A stretch of 64,000 nucleotides of DNA from Hemiscyllium ocellatum (taxonomy: Eukaryota): positions 8,260,004-8,324,003 of the forward strand of contig NC_083402.1 of NCBI RefSeq assembly GCF_020745735.1. The letters are read 5' to 3'. Every line of letters starts with the position of its first letter. The first letter of the stretch is position 1. A program made the position numbers and the translations under genes. Below the pieces are notes generated by a model. That model ran no database searches. It was not told where the DNA came from and saw nothing but the letters and a program-made list of their open reading frames with translations. This document shows positions 25,526 to 39,279 of the stretch, one piece after another.

Positions 25526-26349
25526 GATGGCGATGTGAGGTGGGCTTTTCTGGGTGTTTGGTTTAATTAGCAGAAGGCTTCAACGCCGTCTCATAACAGC
25601 AGCTTCACCTGGGCAATCAGGATGGACAATACATGCACATAATCCGGGCCAGCGACACCCATGATGGAATAAAACAAAAGGAGAAATAAATGAAACAAAG
25701 AACATCCTGAGGAAAAACCGAAAACAAAGCTGCTGATGCTGCAAATCAGAAACAAAAATGGAAATTGCTGGAAAAGCTCAGCAGGTCTGGCAGCACCTGT
25801 GGAGAGAAATCAGAGTTAACATTTCAGGCAGAGTGACCCTTCCTCAAGATCCTGAGGAGCTTGACAAGACAGATTCTGAGAGGATATTTACTCTTGTGAA
25901 CAGAAGGCAAACAGGGGAACAATTACAAAATAACAGATTACTGATTTAAATAAGAATGAGGGAACATTTAATCTCATAGCTCCTCTTTTAAGTTCATGCA
26001 GCAAAGAGCCACATGGCTGGTTATCCCCCTCCTCCTGCACCCAAATATTTTACTCAGTGTAGGAAAATGTAATATGGACTCTGAGTTTAAATTAACCTGT
26101 GCTCATTTCAAAGGTCACAGGTTGGAGCTGGTGAATGGTTACATTAGGAATGACACCAGGGGGTTCCCCTTCACACAGAGTGTGGTCAATACTTTGAATG
26201 TGTTTGAGCAACAGAGTGATGGGGGGAGGCTGTAAAATCCTTGACCTTGTTGAAAGAAAATTAACTTTGAGCAACGGGCGGAGGGTTCTGCATGAATGAA
26301 TTCAGGAGGGTTCAATGGATCCGATCTGTAAGTACCTTCAGCGGTCACA

Positions 26350-26836
26350 CGACACCAGGTTTTACTCCAACAGGTTTATTTGGAAGCACTAGCTTTTGGA
26401 GCGCTGCTCCTTCATCAAGTGATTGTGAAGTATAAGATTGTAAGACACAGAATTGACAGCAAAGGTTTATAGTGTGATGTAACTGAAATTACATGTTGAA
26501 AAAGATCTGGATTGTTTGTTAAATCTCTCATCCATTAGAATGACCATGTTGACTTCAATTCTTTTATATGTAAATCACAAAACTTTTTTTATAAAAGCTC
26601 CATTCTCAAGTGAACTTTAACAATTGGTGTCTGTCAGCCCAGATAATGTATTGAAGGTGTGAGCTCCCCTGGGTGATACTGTCTGTGCCACAATGTTTAG
26701 ACTGATTCTCATCTAAAAAATTGAATTTATCGAATCTTACATGGATTCATGCAGTTTTTGTGCAATGTAAAATGCAACTCTGCAGTACAAATTCACCCCC
26801 ACAAACTTATATGTGCATGTGTGCGCGTCCACGTGT

Positions 26837-26877
<41 letters not shown>

Positions 26878-27806
26878 GGGGAGGGGGGGTGGGCAGGGGT
26901 GTGGAAGGGGGGAAGGGTGTGTTTGTGAGTGTCTGTGAAAGAGTGTGTGCATGTGTTTGAGTATAAAGGGGTATACGTCTGTGAGAGGGGCATGTGTGAT
27001 TGTGGGAGTGTATGTGTGAGCATATGAGAGAGGGTCTGCCTCATGTGTCCGTAGGAGTGTCTGTGTGTGTATGAGAGAGAGTGTCTGTGTGTGTGTGTGA
27101 GAGTGTCTGTGTTTGTTTGTGTGTGTGTGTGTGTGTGTGTTTGTGTGTAAATGTGTGCGTCTGTAGGAGTGTCTCTGTGTGTGTTTAAGAGTGTCTGTGT
27201 GTGTGTAGGAGTGTGTGTGTGTGTGTGTCTGTGTGTGTGTGTGTGTGTGTGTAGGAGAGTCGGTGTGTGTGTGTGTGGAGGAGAGTCGGTGTGTGTAGGA
27301 GTCTCTCTGTGTGCGTGGAGGAATGTCTGTGTGTGTAGGAGTGTGTGTGTATCTGTGTGTGTGTCTGTGTGTGTAAGTGTGTGTGTGTGTGTGAGTATGT
27401 GTGTGGAATGTTTGTGTGTCTGTGTGTAAGTGTGTGTGTGAGTATGTGTGTAGGAGTGTGCGTGTGTGCTTGTGAGTGTGGAGGAGTGTCTATGTGTGTC
27501 TGTGTGTGTGTAGGAGAGTGAANNNNNNNNNNNNNNNNNNNNNNNNNNNNNNNNNNNNNNNNNNNNNNNNNNNNNNNNNNNNNNNNNNNNNNNNNNNNNN
27601 NNNNNNNNNNNNNNNNNNNNNNNNNNNNNNNNNNNNNNNNNNNNNNNNNNNNNNNNNNNNNNNNNNNNNNNNNNNNNNNNNNNNNNNNNNNNNNNNNNNN
27701 NNNAGTGTGTGCGTGTGAGTATGTGTGTAGGAGTGTGTGTGTATGTTTGTGAGTGTGTAGGAGTGTCTGTGTGTGTGTAGGAGAGTGAATGTGTGTTTGT
27801 GTATAT

Positions 27807-27886
<80 letters not shown>

Positions 27887-28965
27887 AGTGTGTTGGGGGT
27901 CACCTGTAGTGTGACATGAACCCAAGATCCCGGTTGAGGCCATCCCCATGGGGACCGAACTTGGCCAAGAGCCTCTGCTCGGCCACTTTTTGTTGCTGCC
28001 TGTCCCGAAGTCCGCCTTGGAGGATGGTCACCTGAAAGTCCAAGGTTGAATGTCCCAGACTGCTGTATGTGGCAGGTACTCATGCAACTCAGCCAACGTT
28101 GTCTATCCCATTCGCTGCAGGCAAGGATGCCCTGAGGCATGCTGCATTGGTGAGACCAAGCAGGGGCTATGGCAACGGATGGGTGGGCACCGTACAGCAA
28201 TCAACAGACAGAGGTGTTCCCCTCACCCCCAGTCAGAGAACACTTCAGCAGTCCTGCATACACAGACATACACACACATATACAGAGACACACATACACA
28301 CAAGACACATACACACACACACACACACACTCCTATAGACACACATACGGACGCAGATCCTCTCTCATACACTCCCACACTCACACATGCACCCTCCTAC
28401 AGACTTATACCCCTTTATACTCACACTCACATACATGCACACACTCTTTTACAGACACTCACAACCACTCCCGCACAAACACACACACACATATAAGTTT
28501 GTGGGGTGAATTTGTACTTTCAGAGTTTCATCATATTTTGCTCAAAAAACTGCAGGAATCCATGGAAGTTTCAACAAATTCATTTTTTTAGATGAGAATC
28601 AGTCTAAACATTATGGCACAGACAGTACCACCCAGGGGAGCTCACATCTTCAATACATTATCTGGGCTGACAGACACCAATTGTTAAAGTTCACTTGAGA
28701 ATGGAGCTTTTAAAAAAGAATTGTGATTTGCATATAAAAGCACTGAAACCAACATGGTCATTCTAATGGATGCGAGACTTAACAAACTATCCTGGTCTTT
28801 TTCAACATATAATTTCAGTAACATATAATTTCACACAATAAAAATTTGCTGTAAGTTCTGTGACTTACAATCTTATACTCCACTATCACTTGATGAAGGA
28901 GCAGCGCTCCGAAAGCTAGTGCTTCAAATTAAACCTTCGGACTATAACCTGGTGATGTCTGATTT
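26350..28965. mobile_element. Penelope-type inverted structure: two ~470 bp inverted arms, (TG)n/(CA)n tracts and a split GIY-YIG core
   Basis: 26350-26815 is approximately the reverse complement of 28490-28965. 28050-28250 (+) reads YSCNSANVVYPIRC..IGETKQ (GIY-YIG N-half) and 27890-28050 (-) is the C-half. Confidence 0.8.
27523..27703. other. Assembly gap (181 N) within a TG microsatellite
   Basis: Run of n characters in the sequence. Confidence 1.
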
Positions 28966-29178
28966 TTAATCTTGTAATCAAGGTTTTCAAATTGAGTGGC
29001 GAGGAGACATTTTGATCAGGATGACTCTTGTTGGGGAATGTCTAGGACAGACCTGTTAGAGATGTGAGTGGAGTCTTTAATTGTTAATTTTATTGTGAAG
29101 TTGAAAGGAATATAACATATTGAAATAAGAACTTCTGCACACTGACCTCACCCATCCTGATGTTTGTCCTTTCCTCAG

Positions 29179-29526
29179 CTTCTCAGGAAAATGTCTCAGT
29201 GGTGAGTGGGACAGAGGGAGATTCAGTCACTTTACCCTGTATCTTCAGGCGCTGGGACTCCCACGTACTGACCAATGTTACCTGGATGAGGAAGGAGCCT
29301 TACCAACACATCGTTACATTTACAGCCCAATCACAGGGAAATTGGACAACTGGACACGGTGGAAATCGGTACGAGCTCATCGGGAACCCAGAGGAGGGAA
29401 ACGCCTCGACCAGGATAAACCAGCTGAGTGTGAGGGACAATCACACTTACCTGTGTCTGGTGGAATACAGGTCAGAACCTGATTCTCAGTATCTGATCCA
29501 GAAAGAGACTCGGCTGCAGGTACATG
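29179..29526 (+). CDS. V-set Ig exon B1 (Siglec-15-related, lacks the essential Arg)
   Basis: Acceptor tttgtcctttcctcag|, donor G|GTAAGA, 348 nt, phase 1-1, no stops. GDSVTLPC, W-MRKEPY (cf. Siglec-15 W-RAGEPY), RYELIGNP, DNHTYLCLVEY, TRLQV. Confidence 0.85.
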
Positions 29527-31124
29527 GTAAGAAACCGTTCCCACATTCTTCAGCCTGTAGAAGGTGCACAGTGAGAGTGGAACAGATTCTGTGAATGTTT
29601 TGTGATTTGATTTTCTGGTGAAAAGACATGGAACTAAAACATTAACCCTGTTTCTCTCCATCGGTATTGTCTGCCCTGCTGAGTGTTTGCAGCATTTTGA
29701 TGTTTATTTAAAATGTCCAGCATCTGTAGTATTTTAGCTTTTGGTTTCAAATTTAATTTTTTTCAATATTTAAAGTACTATGATGTGCTGATATTTTTAG
29801 GTGCACTCTGATGTCAGTATTGAAAGACATTGACACACTCAGAATATTTAGTTCAATCTCCAAATGACCCAAACTTATACTGGCATTAAGATCATCTCCT
29901 TGAACAGGAAGGTGCTACAGACTAATGTGTCCCTCTTGGTTCCAACCTTCATCAGGAATAGTTCCATCAATGCAAGTACGTTCCCCCAGTGTCCATCTGA
30001 CTGTGTGAGGCATCACAGCCACGTGGGACCTATCCTAGCCCTGCATTCACACATGGGTGATAACAGGAGTTGGTGGTATACTGTTACTGTTACTGTTATG
30101 TCACTGGGTGACTAATCCAGAGACCCAATCCTCGGGCCATGGGTTCAAATCCCACCACAGTAGAAGGTGATTTGTTTTAAAATCTGGAATTTGAAAAAAA
30201 AGCTAACCTAATGGTTACATGTGCCCATTGTTGAGATTTGGAAAAGCCGATCTGATTCAATCATACACTTTAGGGAATCTGGGCTTTGGTTAGTTAGCTG
30301 GACGGTTGGTTTGCAAAGCAGTGTGATGCCAACAGTGTGGGCTCAATCCCCACATTGACTCAGGTGACCATGAAGCACCCTCCTTCTCAACTCTCCCCTC
30401 ACTGAGGTGTGGTGGCCCTCAGGTTAAACCACCACCAGTTGTCTCTCTCTCTCTCTCTGTCTCTCACTGTCTCTATCTGTCTGTCTGTCTCTCTCTCTCT
30501 CTCTCAAGAGAAAGCAGCCCATGGTCTGGTAGGAATATGGCGACTTGATTTAGAGAATGAAATCTGCCATTCACACTCAGTGTCATGTGTTGCCATATGC
30601 ACAATATTGAGCCCTCTCTCTCCATCAGCACCACCTCACGCAGGCTCAGGGCTGCTAATAATCCACCAACTCTGCACAGTCCACTTCTAACTCTGTATTG
30701 GGAAAGCAAAACACAGACTGGATGATTACTTTGCAGAACAGAAATGTTCTGCCCACAAAAATGATTCTCAGCAGCCAGTTGCCTGCCATTTCCACACACC
30801 ACTTTTTGGGGACCCAGTGACCTTCTGGACTCAATATTGAGGTGAATAATTTTAGGGCCTCAGCACCTTCTCCTACCTCCTTCCCCAACCCCCACACACC
30901 AGGCCTTGTCATCACATGGGCTACTACCAAAACAATCCATTGTCAGTGACGAATGGTCCCCATCAGCAGCTGTTCACTCTCCCAGGCCGACCTTTCCCCT
31001 TTCGTTTGTCTGTCCAATTGTTTTTCTCTCTGTCTGGGGTCCCTTCCCACTGAGTGTTTACTCCTGCCTCCTCCCCCCTCCCCATCTTCAGCATCTATAC
31101 CAACCTTTCCGCAGCTATAATCAG

Positions 31125-34100
31125 TTATAGAGTCATACAGCACAGGAGCAGACCCTTCAGTTCAACTAGTCCATATTGACCATAATCCCAAACTAAAGTA
31201 GACCCACCTACCTGCGCTTTGTACATATCCCTCCAAACATTTCTTTTTCATCCACCATTTCCTCTGGAAGTTCATTCCACATGAACCACTCTCTGTGCAA
31301 AATAAAAACTGCCCCTTAGAGGCATAGAGTCATAGAGATGTACAGCTTGGAAACAGACCCGCTGGTCCAACTCGTCCATGCCGACCAGATATCCCAACCC
31401 AATCTCGTTCCACCTGCCAGCACCCAGGCCATATCCCTTCAAATCCTTCCTATTCATATACCCATACAAATGCCACTTAAATGTTGCAATTGTACCAGCC
31501 TCCACCACTTCCTCTGGCAGCTCATTCCATACACGTACCACCTTCTGTGTGAAAACGTTGCCCCTTAGGTCTGTTTGCTATCTTTCCCCTCTCACCCTAA
31601 ACCTCTGCCCTCTCGTTCTGGACTTCCCAACCCCAGGGAAAAGATTTTGCCTATTTATCCTATCCATGCCCCTCCCGTAATTTTGTAAACCTCTATCAGG
31701 TCACCCCTCAGCCTCCTTCCTTATGTCTTTTTAAAATCTTTCTCCTCTCACCTTAAAGATATGCCCCAGTCTTGAAATCTCCCACCTGAGCAAAAAGACA
31801 CCTGCCATTCACCTTATCTATATTCCTCATGCTTTCATCGATCTTGATAAGGTCACCTCTCAACCTAGTACACTCCAGTGAGAAATGTCCCAGTCGCTCC
31901 AGTCTCTTCCGGTAACTCAAGGCCTACTTTCTCGGCAACTTCCTGGTAAATCTCTTCTGAACCCTCTCCAGCTAAATGATATCCTTGTAATAACAGGGTG
32001 ACCAGAACTGGACACAACAGAGGCCTCACCAGCATCCTGTCTAACCTGAACATAATATACCAACTCCGATAATCAAAGGTCTGAGCAATGAAGGCAAGTG
32101 TGCTGAACCACCGTATATATAGATGATGCAAACTTGGAAGAATTCTGTACCTGAATCCCTAGGTCTCTGTTCTACAGCACGACCCAAGGCCCTACTTTTA
32201 ATTGTGTAAGTCTTCCCTTTGTTTGTTTTTCCAAAATGCAATACCTCACACTTATCTTCAACTCTATCTGTCACTCTTCAGCCCATTGAGCCATTTGATA
32301 AAGATCTTTTTGTATTCTAAGATAACCTTCTTCACTGTTCAATATTCCATCAATTTTGGGATCAACCACAAACTTGCAAAACATGCTTTTTGTAATCTCA
32401 TCGAAATTGTTCATATAAATCAGTGACAAAAGTGGGCCCAGCCCTGATCCCCGTGGAACCCTGCTGGTCACAGGCCTCCAGAACAAAACCCTCCCTCCAC
32501 CGTCACTCTCTGTCTTCTGCCTTTCAGCCAATTGTGCATCCACTTGCCAAGCTCACCCGGAATCCCATGGGATCTAACTTCACTAATTAGTCTACCATGC
32601 GGAACCTTGTCAAAGGATTAACCAAAGTCTAAGTAAACAATGTTAACCCCTCTGCCCTCATCAATTTTCTTGTTTACTTCTTCAAAAAACTCAATCGAGT
32701 TTCTGAGACACAATATCCCTTGCACAAAACCATGCTGACTATCCCAAATCATTCCTTGCCTCTCCAAATGCATATAAATCCAAAATTTTGGAACAACTTA
32801 CTCACCACTGAAGTCAGACTCACAGGTCTGAAGTTCCCAGGCTTCTCCTGACATCCCTTCTTGAATATTAGCCACTCTCCAGTCATTCAGCACCTGACTG
32901 TTATTCATGGACGATACAAATGTTCCTGCAGGGGGCCCAGCAATTTCCTCTTCACTTCTGACAAAGTCCTGGGATTGAGTAGATCACGTCTCAGAGATTT
33001 ATATTTATATTTTCGAAGATCTCTAACAATTCCTCTTCTGTACTGCACGCTGTTTTCAAAATGTTAATATTTATTTCTCAGAGTTCTCTCACCTCCACTT
33101 GTTTCTCCACAGTAAAAACTGACACAAAATATTCATTTGATATCTCTCCCATCTCCTGAGTGGTGGCATGATGGCTCAGTGGTTAGCACTGGCACCGGGG
33201 ACCTGAGTTCAATTCCAGCCTCAGGCAGCTGGAGTTTGCATGTTCTCCCTGTGTGGTGAGGGTTTCCTCCCACAGTCCAAAGATGTACAGGTTAGGTGAA
33301 TTGGCCATGCTACGTTGCCCATAGTATTAGGTGTATTAGTCAATGGAAATGGGTCTGGGTGGGTTACTCTTTCGAAGGTCGGTGTGGACTTGTTGGGCCG
33401 AAGGGCCTGTTTCCACATTAGATTAGATTAGATTAGTTACAGTGTGGAAACAGGCCCTTAGGCCCAACAAGTCCACACTGACCCGCCGAAGCGCAACTCA
33501 CCCAGACCCATTCACGTACATTTACCCCTTCACATAACACTACGGTCAATTTTAGCTTAGCCAATTCACCAAATGTGCACATTTTGTGGACTGTGGGAGG
33601 AAACTGGAGCACCCAGAGGAGACCCACGCAGACACGGGGAGAATGTGCAAACTCCAAAATGAGGCGTAGAATTGAACCCAGGTCTGTGGCGCTGTGAGGC
33701 AGCAGTGCTAACCACTGTGCAACCATGCCCCCACATTGTAGGGAATCTAAAACACAAAGACAACCTCTTTGCTTTTTAAGGAGGCTTACACTCTATCTCT
33801 TGTTGCTGTCTTGGTCTTAATGTACTTATAGAATCCCTTTGGATTATCCTTAACCTTATTTGCTGAGCCTATCCCATATTTTTTCTTTGATTTCCAGAAC
33901 TCTCTCTTATGAATGCCCCGACACTCATTATATGGTGCAAGAGATCCAATTGGATCCAGTTGTTTGTATTTAGTATATGATCCTTTTTTATCCCTGACTG
34001 GAACCTCCATCTCTTTATTCACACATTGTTCCCGAAAGCAGTACAGTTGAAACCATCCTTTGTGAATGGTCTTTTCTGCCTCAGAAGAGATCGCAGTGAT

Positions 34101-34703
34101 CCAAGAATCTGAATCCCTGAACATTACACCACCTCTTCAGCCATTGATTTGTCTCCTTTCTCCTTTTGTTCCCTCATTTGAGTTCGAGTCTGGGAGTAAA
34201 TTAGAGATTAGTACTTTTGAGGGTCTGTTTTTTAAATTTTCGACCTAACCTCTGATATTCACTTTGTAAAGCCTTTATTCTTTCCCTAACCATGTCATTC
34301 CCATCAATATGTACAAAAACTTCCAGTATCTCACTCTTCCCTTGAACAGTATGTGTCAAACATTTTGCAGTGTCCTTAATCCTAGCACCAAGAAAACAGT
34401 ATAATATCCAAGATTCATGCTCACTGCTGCAGAGTCTCCTGTCTGTGCCCTTGACAGGAGAATCACCTACAACAATTATTCTTTTAAAAGGAGACTTATC
34501 TATTTTCGCGCTCTGCAGGGTTTCTAATACCTCTTCCTTGTGAACCTCAATCCCACCTAGTCTAGTAGCCTGTATCTCAGTATTCTCCTTGACAACATTG
34601 TCGTTTTCGAGAGTGAATACTGTTGAAAAATATTCGTTTAGTGCTTCCCCTGTCGCCTCTGACTCCACACACAACTTCCCACTACTATCCTTGGTTGGCC
34701 CTT
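31125..34703 (-). mobile_element. Stack of nested CR1 fragments (3' tails, RT, ORF1 esterase-like piece)
   Basis: Repeated CR1 tails (agagtcatagag..acag). The minus strand gives RT motifs GSGLGPLLSLIYMN and the esterase-like IIVVGDSPVKG. Confidence 0.8.
33163..33735. mobile_element. Tail-to-tail pair of HE1-type SINEs (+ then -), specific to copy 1
   Basis: The + SINE ends gggcctgtttccacatta; it abuts gattagattag..cagtgtggaaacaggccc of a minus SINE. The site is empty in copy 2 (~54175). Confidence 0.85.
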
Positions 34704-35070
34704 GATTGGGCAATGACAATCGTGGATGGAGTGAGGGCTGAGGAAGGAGGCTCCGCTGTCTTACCCTGCAGCTTCACCCACCATGACACTAACCTCACAC
34801 TCACCGGCTCCATCTTATGGTACAAGGAGGAAACACGGGCTTTTATCTTTACCTGTACATATCCTGGTCCAGACCATTCCCAGGGTGAGCTATGTGAGAA
34901 TGTGAGACAGCGGGACGGTGGGAATCGATTCAGATTCGTGGGGAGTCTCACCAACAAAGATGCCTCAGTAATGATGGAGGGACTGAGCCAGGAGGATGCT
35001 GGTCCCTATCGTGTGGAACTCAATATTGATAGTTTTCAAACAAAGTCTCCAACAAAGCTGGAAGTTGAAG
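34704..35070 (+). pseudogene. V-set exon A2 (pseudo-exon)
   Basis: A-type sequence, but the acceptor and first codons are replaced by a CR1 fragment. The donor is mutated (G|GAAAGG), and a 6-nt deletion removes the F-strand Cys (DAGPYRVEL). Confidence 0.85.
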
Positions 35071-35439
35071 GAAAGGAACAATGTTTGGATGGTGTCACTG
35101 CCCCGATAGCTCAACGAGAACAGGGTCTACCTGGGCCCGGAGAACTCGGGTTGGCTCCTTCTCTTGGGCTCTTTCAGTTGGTCTCAGGCAGGAGACAGTG
35201 AGAAGGAGAGAGAGAGAGAGAGAGAGATGAGGCTGGGATTATGGACCATTCCACCACTGTGTCTGAAACTTCCCACAGTCTCCCAACAACTCCCTAATTT
35301 GTTGTGTTCAAACTGGCTTCAGTGTTCTGAGGTAGGGACCAGAGAAAACATCACCAAGGATGCAAGCTCCAAGATCCACCTGGTTCCATGTTCCCTATGG
35401 GCAATATGGAGTCAATGACAGGGATCTCAAGGATGGATC

Positions 35440-36640
35440 TGGATAAAGGAAGTCGGGGGTCAGAGTGCATCGGTTTTTGAAGATGTCAGGACATGTTGAG
35501 AATGTGGTTGGAAAAGCAAATGGGATTTACAGGTTTCAGAAATGGAGGTGTTGAGAACTGAGGCAGGTAGCCCATAAGACATAGGAACAGAGGAAGGCCA
35601 TTCAGCCCATTGAGACTGTTCCACATTCAATGAGATCATGACTGAGATGATAAACATCAATTCCCCATTCTTGCTTTATCTTCACAATCCCTGATTCCGT
35701 GAATGATTAAAAATTTGTCTATCTCAGCCTTGGCTATACTTAATGACCCAACATGACCTCCTCTCTGTAGTAAAGTAGTCCAGAGATTCACTACCCTCTT
35801 AGAGAAGAAATTCCTCTCATCTGAAATGTGTAACCCCTCATTCTGAGCTGATGCCCTCTGTTCCTGACAAGGGGGACAACCACGCTGCATCCACCTTATC
35901 AAGCACCCGAAGCATCTTTAATGTCTCACTTTGGTCACTTGTCATTCTTCTGTAATCCATCAAGCACAGGCTCAATCTTGTCAAACGCTGCCCATAAGAC
36001 CGCCCCTCCCGACCTGGCATCAACTAATTGAATCTTCTCTGGACTGCCTCCAATGCCAGTTTCACTTTCCTTTGATAAGGGAACAAACCTATCCACAATA
36101 TTCCAGCTGTGAGCTAACTAGTGTCTGGTAAAACCTCCCCACTTTAAAATTCGATTCCATTTGAAATAAAGGTCAGCATTCCATTGCCCTTCCCTACTCT
36201 CTGCTGAATGTTTTTGTGAATCTTCCATATTCTTCTGTTCTGGAACTTTCTGCAGGCTTTCTCTGTTTCACTAATATTCAGCCTCTCTATTCTTTGTGCC
36301 AAATGTATAACCTTACATTTTCCACATTATATTCCAATTGCCAAGTCTTTCCCACTTATTTAACCTGTCGACATCTCTCTGCAGCTTCTGTATTTCATCC
36401 TCATCACTTGCCTTCTCACCTACATTTTTGTCATCAGCAAACTTGGCTACAGTGCATTCACTGACCTCATCCAAATCATTAATGTATATTCTCATAAATG
36501 TGGCCCCATCTCAGATCCTGTGATACACCACTAATTACAGTTTGCAGGCTGAATATCACTCCCGTGTTATCCCAACTCTCTGTTTTCTATCAGTTGGTCA
36601 ATTCTCTATCCATGTTCGTACACTACCACCAGCACCATAG
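35440..36640 (-). mobile_element. CR1 fragment (shared with copy 2, 59880-60929)
   Basis: The minus strand reads YINDLDEVSECTVAKFADD. Confidence 0.8.
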
Positions 36641-36679
36641 AATCTAATCGCATTAAGGAGCTTAATGTGTTGCACCTTC

Positions 36680-39260
36680 TGAAATATCCGCCCCGATTCC
36701 CGCCCCCACGCCTAACCCCACCTCCACTCCCAGCTCCAGCCCCACACCAGGTCCTAGCTCCCAGCCCTGCCGTGTTTTCACCATCCCTCCAGACCGCCCA
36801 CTCTCTGAGGATGAACGATCGGTCCTCGGCAGAGGCCTCACCTTCATTCCCCTACGCTCTCGGATTAACGAGTTCAACACGCGGCGAGACATCGGACAAT
36901 TCTTCCGCCGCCTTCACCTCCACGCCTACTTCTTCAAACAGGATTCTCGCCCACCCTCTGACGTCCCCTTGTCCCGCCTCCAACACACCTCATCCACCTG
37001 GACACCCTGTGCTGGCCTCTTACCCGCCCTCGATTTCTTCATTGCCAACTGCCGCCGCAACATTAACCGCCTCAACCTCTCCACCCCTCTCACCCACTCC
37101 AACCTCTCACCCTCGGAATGTGCAGCCTTCCACTCCCTCCGCTCCAACTCAACCTCACTATCAAACCAGCAGACAAGGGAGGCGCGGGAGTAGTTTGGCG
37201 CACCGACCTTTACACCGCTGAGGCTAAATGCCAGCTCGCGGATACCTCCTCCTACTGCCCCCTTGACCATGACCCCACCTCCCACCACCAAACCATCATC
37301 TCCCAGACCATCCATAGCCTCATCACCTCAGGGGATCTCCCATCCACCACCTCCAACCTCATAGTCCCACAACCCCGCACCGCCCGTTTCTTCCTCCTGC
37401 CCAAAATCCACAAACCTGACTGCCCCTGGCCGACCCATTGTCTCAGCCTGATCCTGCCCCACCGAACTCATCTCCGCATGCCTCGACACAGTTCTGTCCC
37501 CCTTAGTCCAAGAACTCCCCACCTACGTTTGGGACACCATCCACGCCCTCCACCTCTTCCATGATTTTTGCTTCCCCAGTCCCCAAAGCCTTATCTTCAC
37601 TATGGACGTCCAGTCCCTGTACACCTCCATCCCCCATCACGAAGGCCTCAAGGCCCTCTGCTTCTTCCTTTCCTGCCGTACCAACCAGTACCCTTCCACT
37701 GACACCCTCCTTCAACCGACTGAACTGGTCCTAACTCTGAACAACTTCTCTTTCCAATCCTCCCACTTCCTCCAAACCAAAGTTGTAGCCATGGGCTCCC
37801 GCATGGGCCCCAGCTATGGTTTCCTCTTCGTGGGATATGTGGAACAGTCCGTCTTCCGCAGCTACACTGGCACCATCCCCCACCTTTTCCTCCGCTACAA
37901 CGATGACTGTATCGTTGCTGCCTCGTGCTCCCATGAGGAAGGTTGAACAGTTCATCCACTTTACCAACGCCTTCCACCCCGACCTCAAATTTATCTGGAC
38001 CATCTCAGACTCCTCCCTCCCCTTCCTAGACCTCTCCATTTCTATCTTGGAAGACTGAATCAACACGGACATTAACTATAAACCGACCGATTCCACATCT
38101 ACCTAGACTACACCTCGTCCCACCCTGCCCCCTGTAAAAACGCCATCCCATATTTCCACTTCCTTCGTCTCCGCTGCATCTGCTCCCAGGAGGACCAGTT
38201 CCAATACCGAACAACCCAGATCGCCTCCTTCTTCAAAGAACGCAATTTCTCCCCCAATCATGGCCGACAATGCTCTCGGCTGCATCTCCTCCGCTTCCCG
38301 CTCCTTCGTCCTTGAGCCCTGCCCCTCCAATCGTGACCAGGACAGAACCCTACTGGTCCTCACCTCCCACCCCACCAACCTCCATAAACATCATATCATC
38401 CGTCGTCATTTCCGCCACCTCCAAACGGACCCCACCACCAGGAATATATTTCTCTGCCCTCCCCTATCAGCATTCCGAAAAGACCACTCCCTCAGTGACT
38501 CCCTTGTCAGGTCCACATCTCCCACCACCCCAACCTCCACTCTCGGTACCTTCCCCTGCAAACGCAAGAAATGCAAAATTTGCGCCCACACCTCCCCCCT
38601 TACTTCCCTCTAAGGCCCCAAGATTTCCTTCCATATCTGCCACAGATTCACCTGCACCTCCACACACACCATTTACTGCATCCGCTGCACCCGATGTGGC
38701 CACCTCTTTCTTGGGGAGACAGGCCGCCTAATTGTGGAACATTTCAGAGAACACCTCTGGGACTGCCAGATCAACCAACCCAACCACCCTGTGGATCAAC
38801 ACTTCAATTCCCACTCCCACTCCACCAAGGACACGCAGGTCCTTGGACTTCTCCATCGCCAGACCACAGCAACACGACGGCTGGAGGAAGAGCGCCTCAT
38901 CTTCCGCCTTGGAACCCTCCAACCACATGGGATAAACTCAGATTTCTCCAGTTTCCTCATTACCCCTCCCCCACCTTAAATCAGTCCCAACCCTCGAACT
39001 CAGCACCACCTTCCTAACCTGCAATCTTATTCCTGACCTCTCCACCCTCACTCCCACTCCAACCTATCAACCTCACCTTAACCTCCTTCCACCTATTGCA
39101 CTTCCAACGCCTCTCCCCCAAGTCCCTCCTCCCTACCTTTTATCTTAGCCTGTTTGGCATACTCTCCTCATTTCTGGAGAAGGGCTCATGACCGAAACGT
39201 CGATTCTCCTGCTCCTTGGATGCTGCCTGACCTGCTGTGCTTTTCCAGCAACACATTGAC
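36680..39260 (+). mobile_element. Penelope-like element (RT + GIY-YIG), frameshifted, with 3' pLTR
   Basis: IKPADKGG, MDVQSLYTSIPH, AMGSRMGPSY, LRYNDD, CKRKKCKIC, GET..EH, EEERLIFRLGTLQP motifs. Confidence 0.92.
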
Positions 39261-39279
39261 ACCTCTGCTGTCAATCTTG

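Larger units (their letters stand above)
18280..36595 (+). repeat. Tandem segmental duplication, copy 1 (contains V exons A1, B1, A2)
   Basis: Colinear blocks shared with copy 2: 18334~40092, 19173~40890, 25560~47520, 28970~48410, 31730~51630, 32800~53830, 34704~59288, 36595~60929. Confidence 0.9.

Noticed and set aside
26790-28500. His/Thr-rich or Cys/Val-rich ORFs (also 10297-10735)
   Set aside because: These are translations of (TG)n/(CA)n microsatellites.
29906-30008. Possible terminal exon after B1/B2 (GRCYRLMCPSW...LTV*)
   Set aside because: The acceptor is weak and the sequence includes ccttcatcaggaat, an antisense Penelope pLTR remnant. There is no independent support.
30039-30170. 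TM-like frame WVITGVGGILLLLLLCHW downstream of B1
   Set aside because: It overlaps the 5' end of a tRNA-derived SINE, the only nearby acceptor is phase 0, and the frame is broken in copy 2 (stop plus Penelope insertion).
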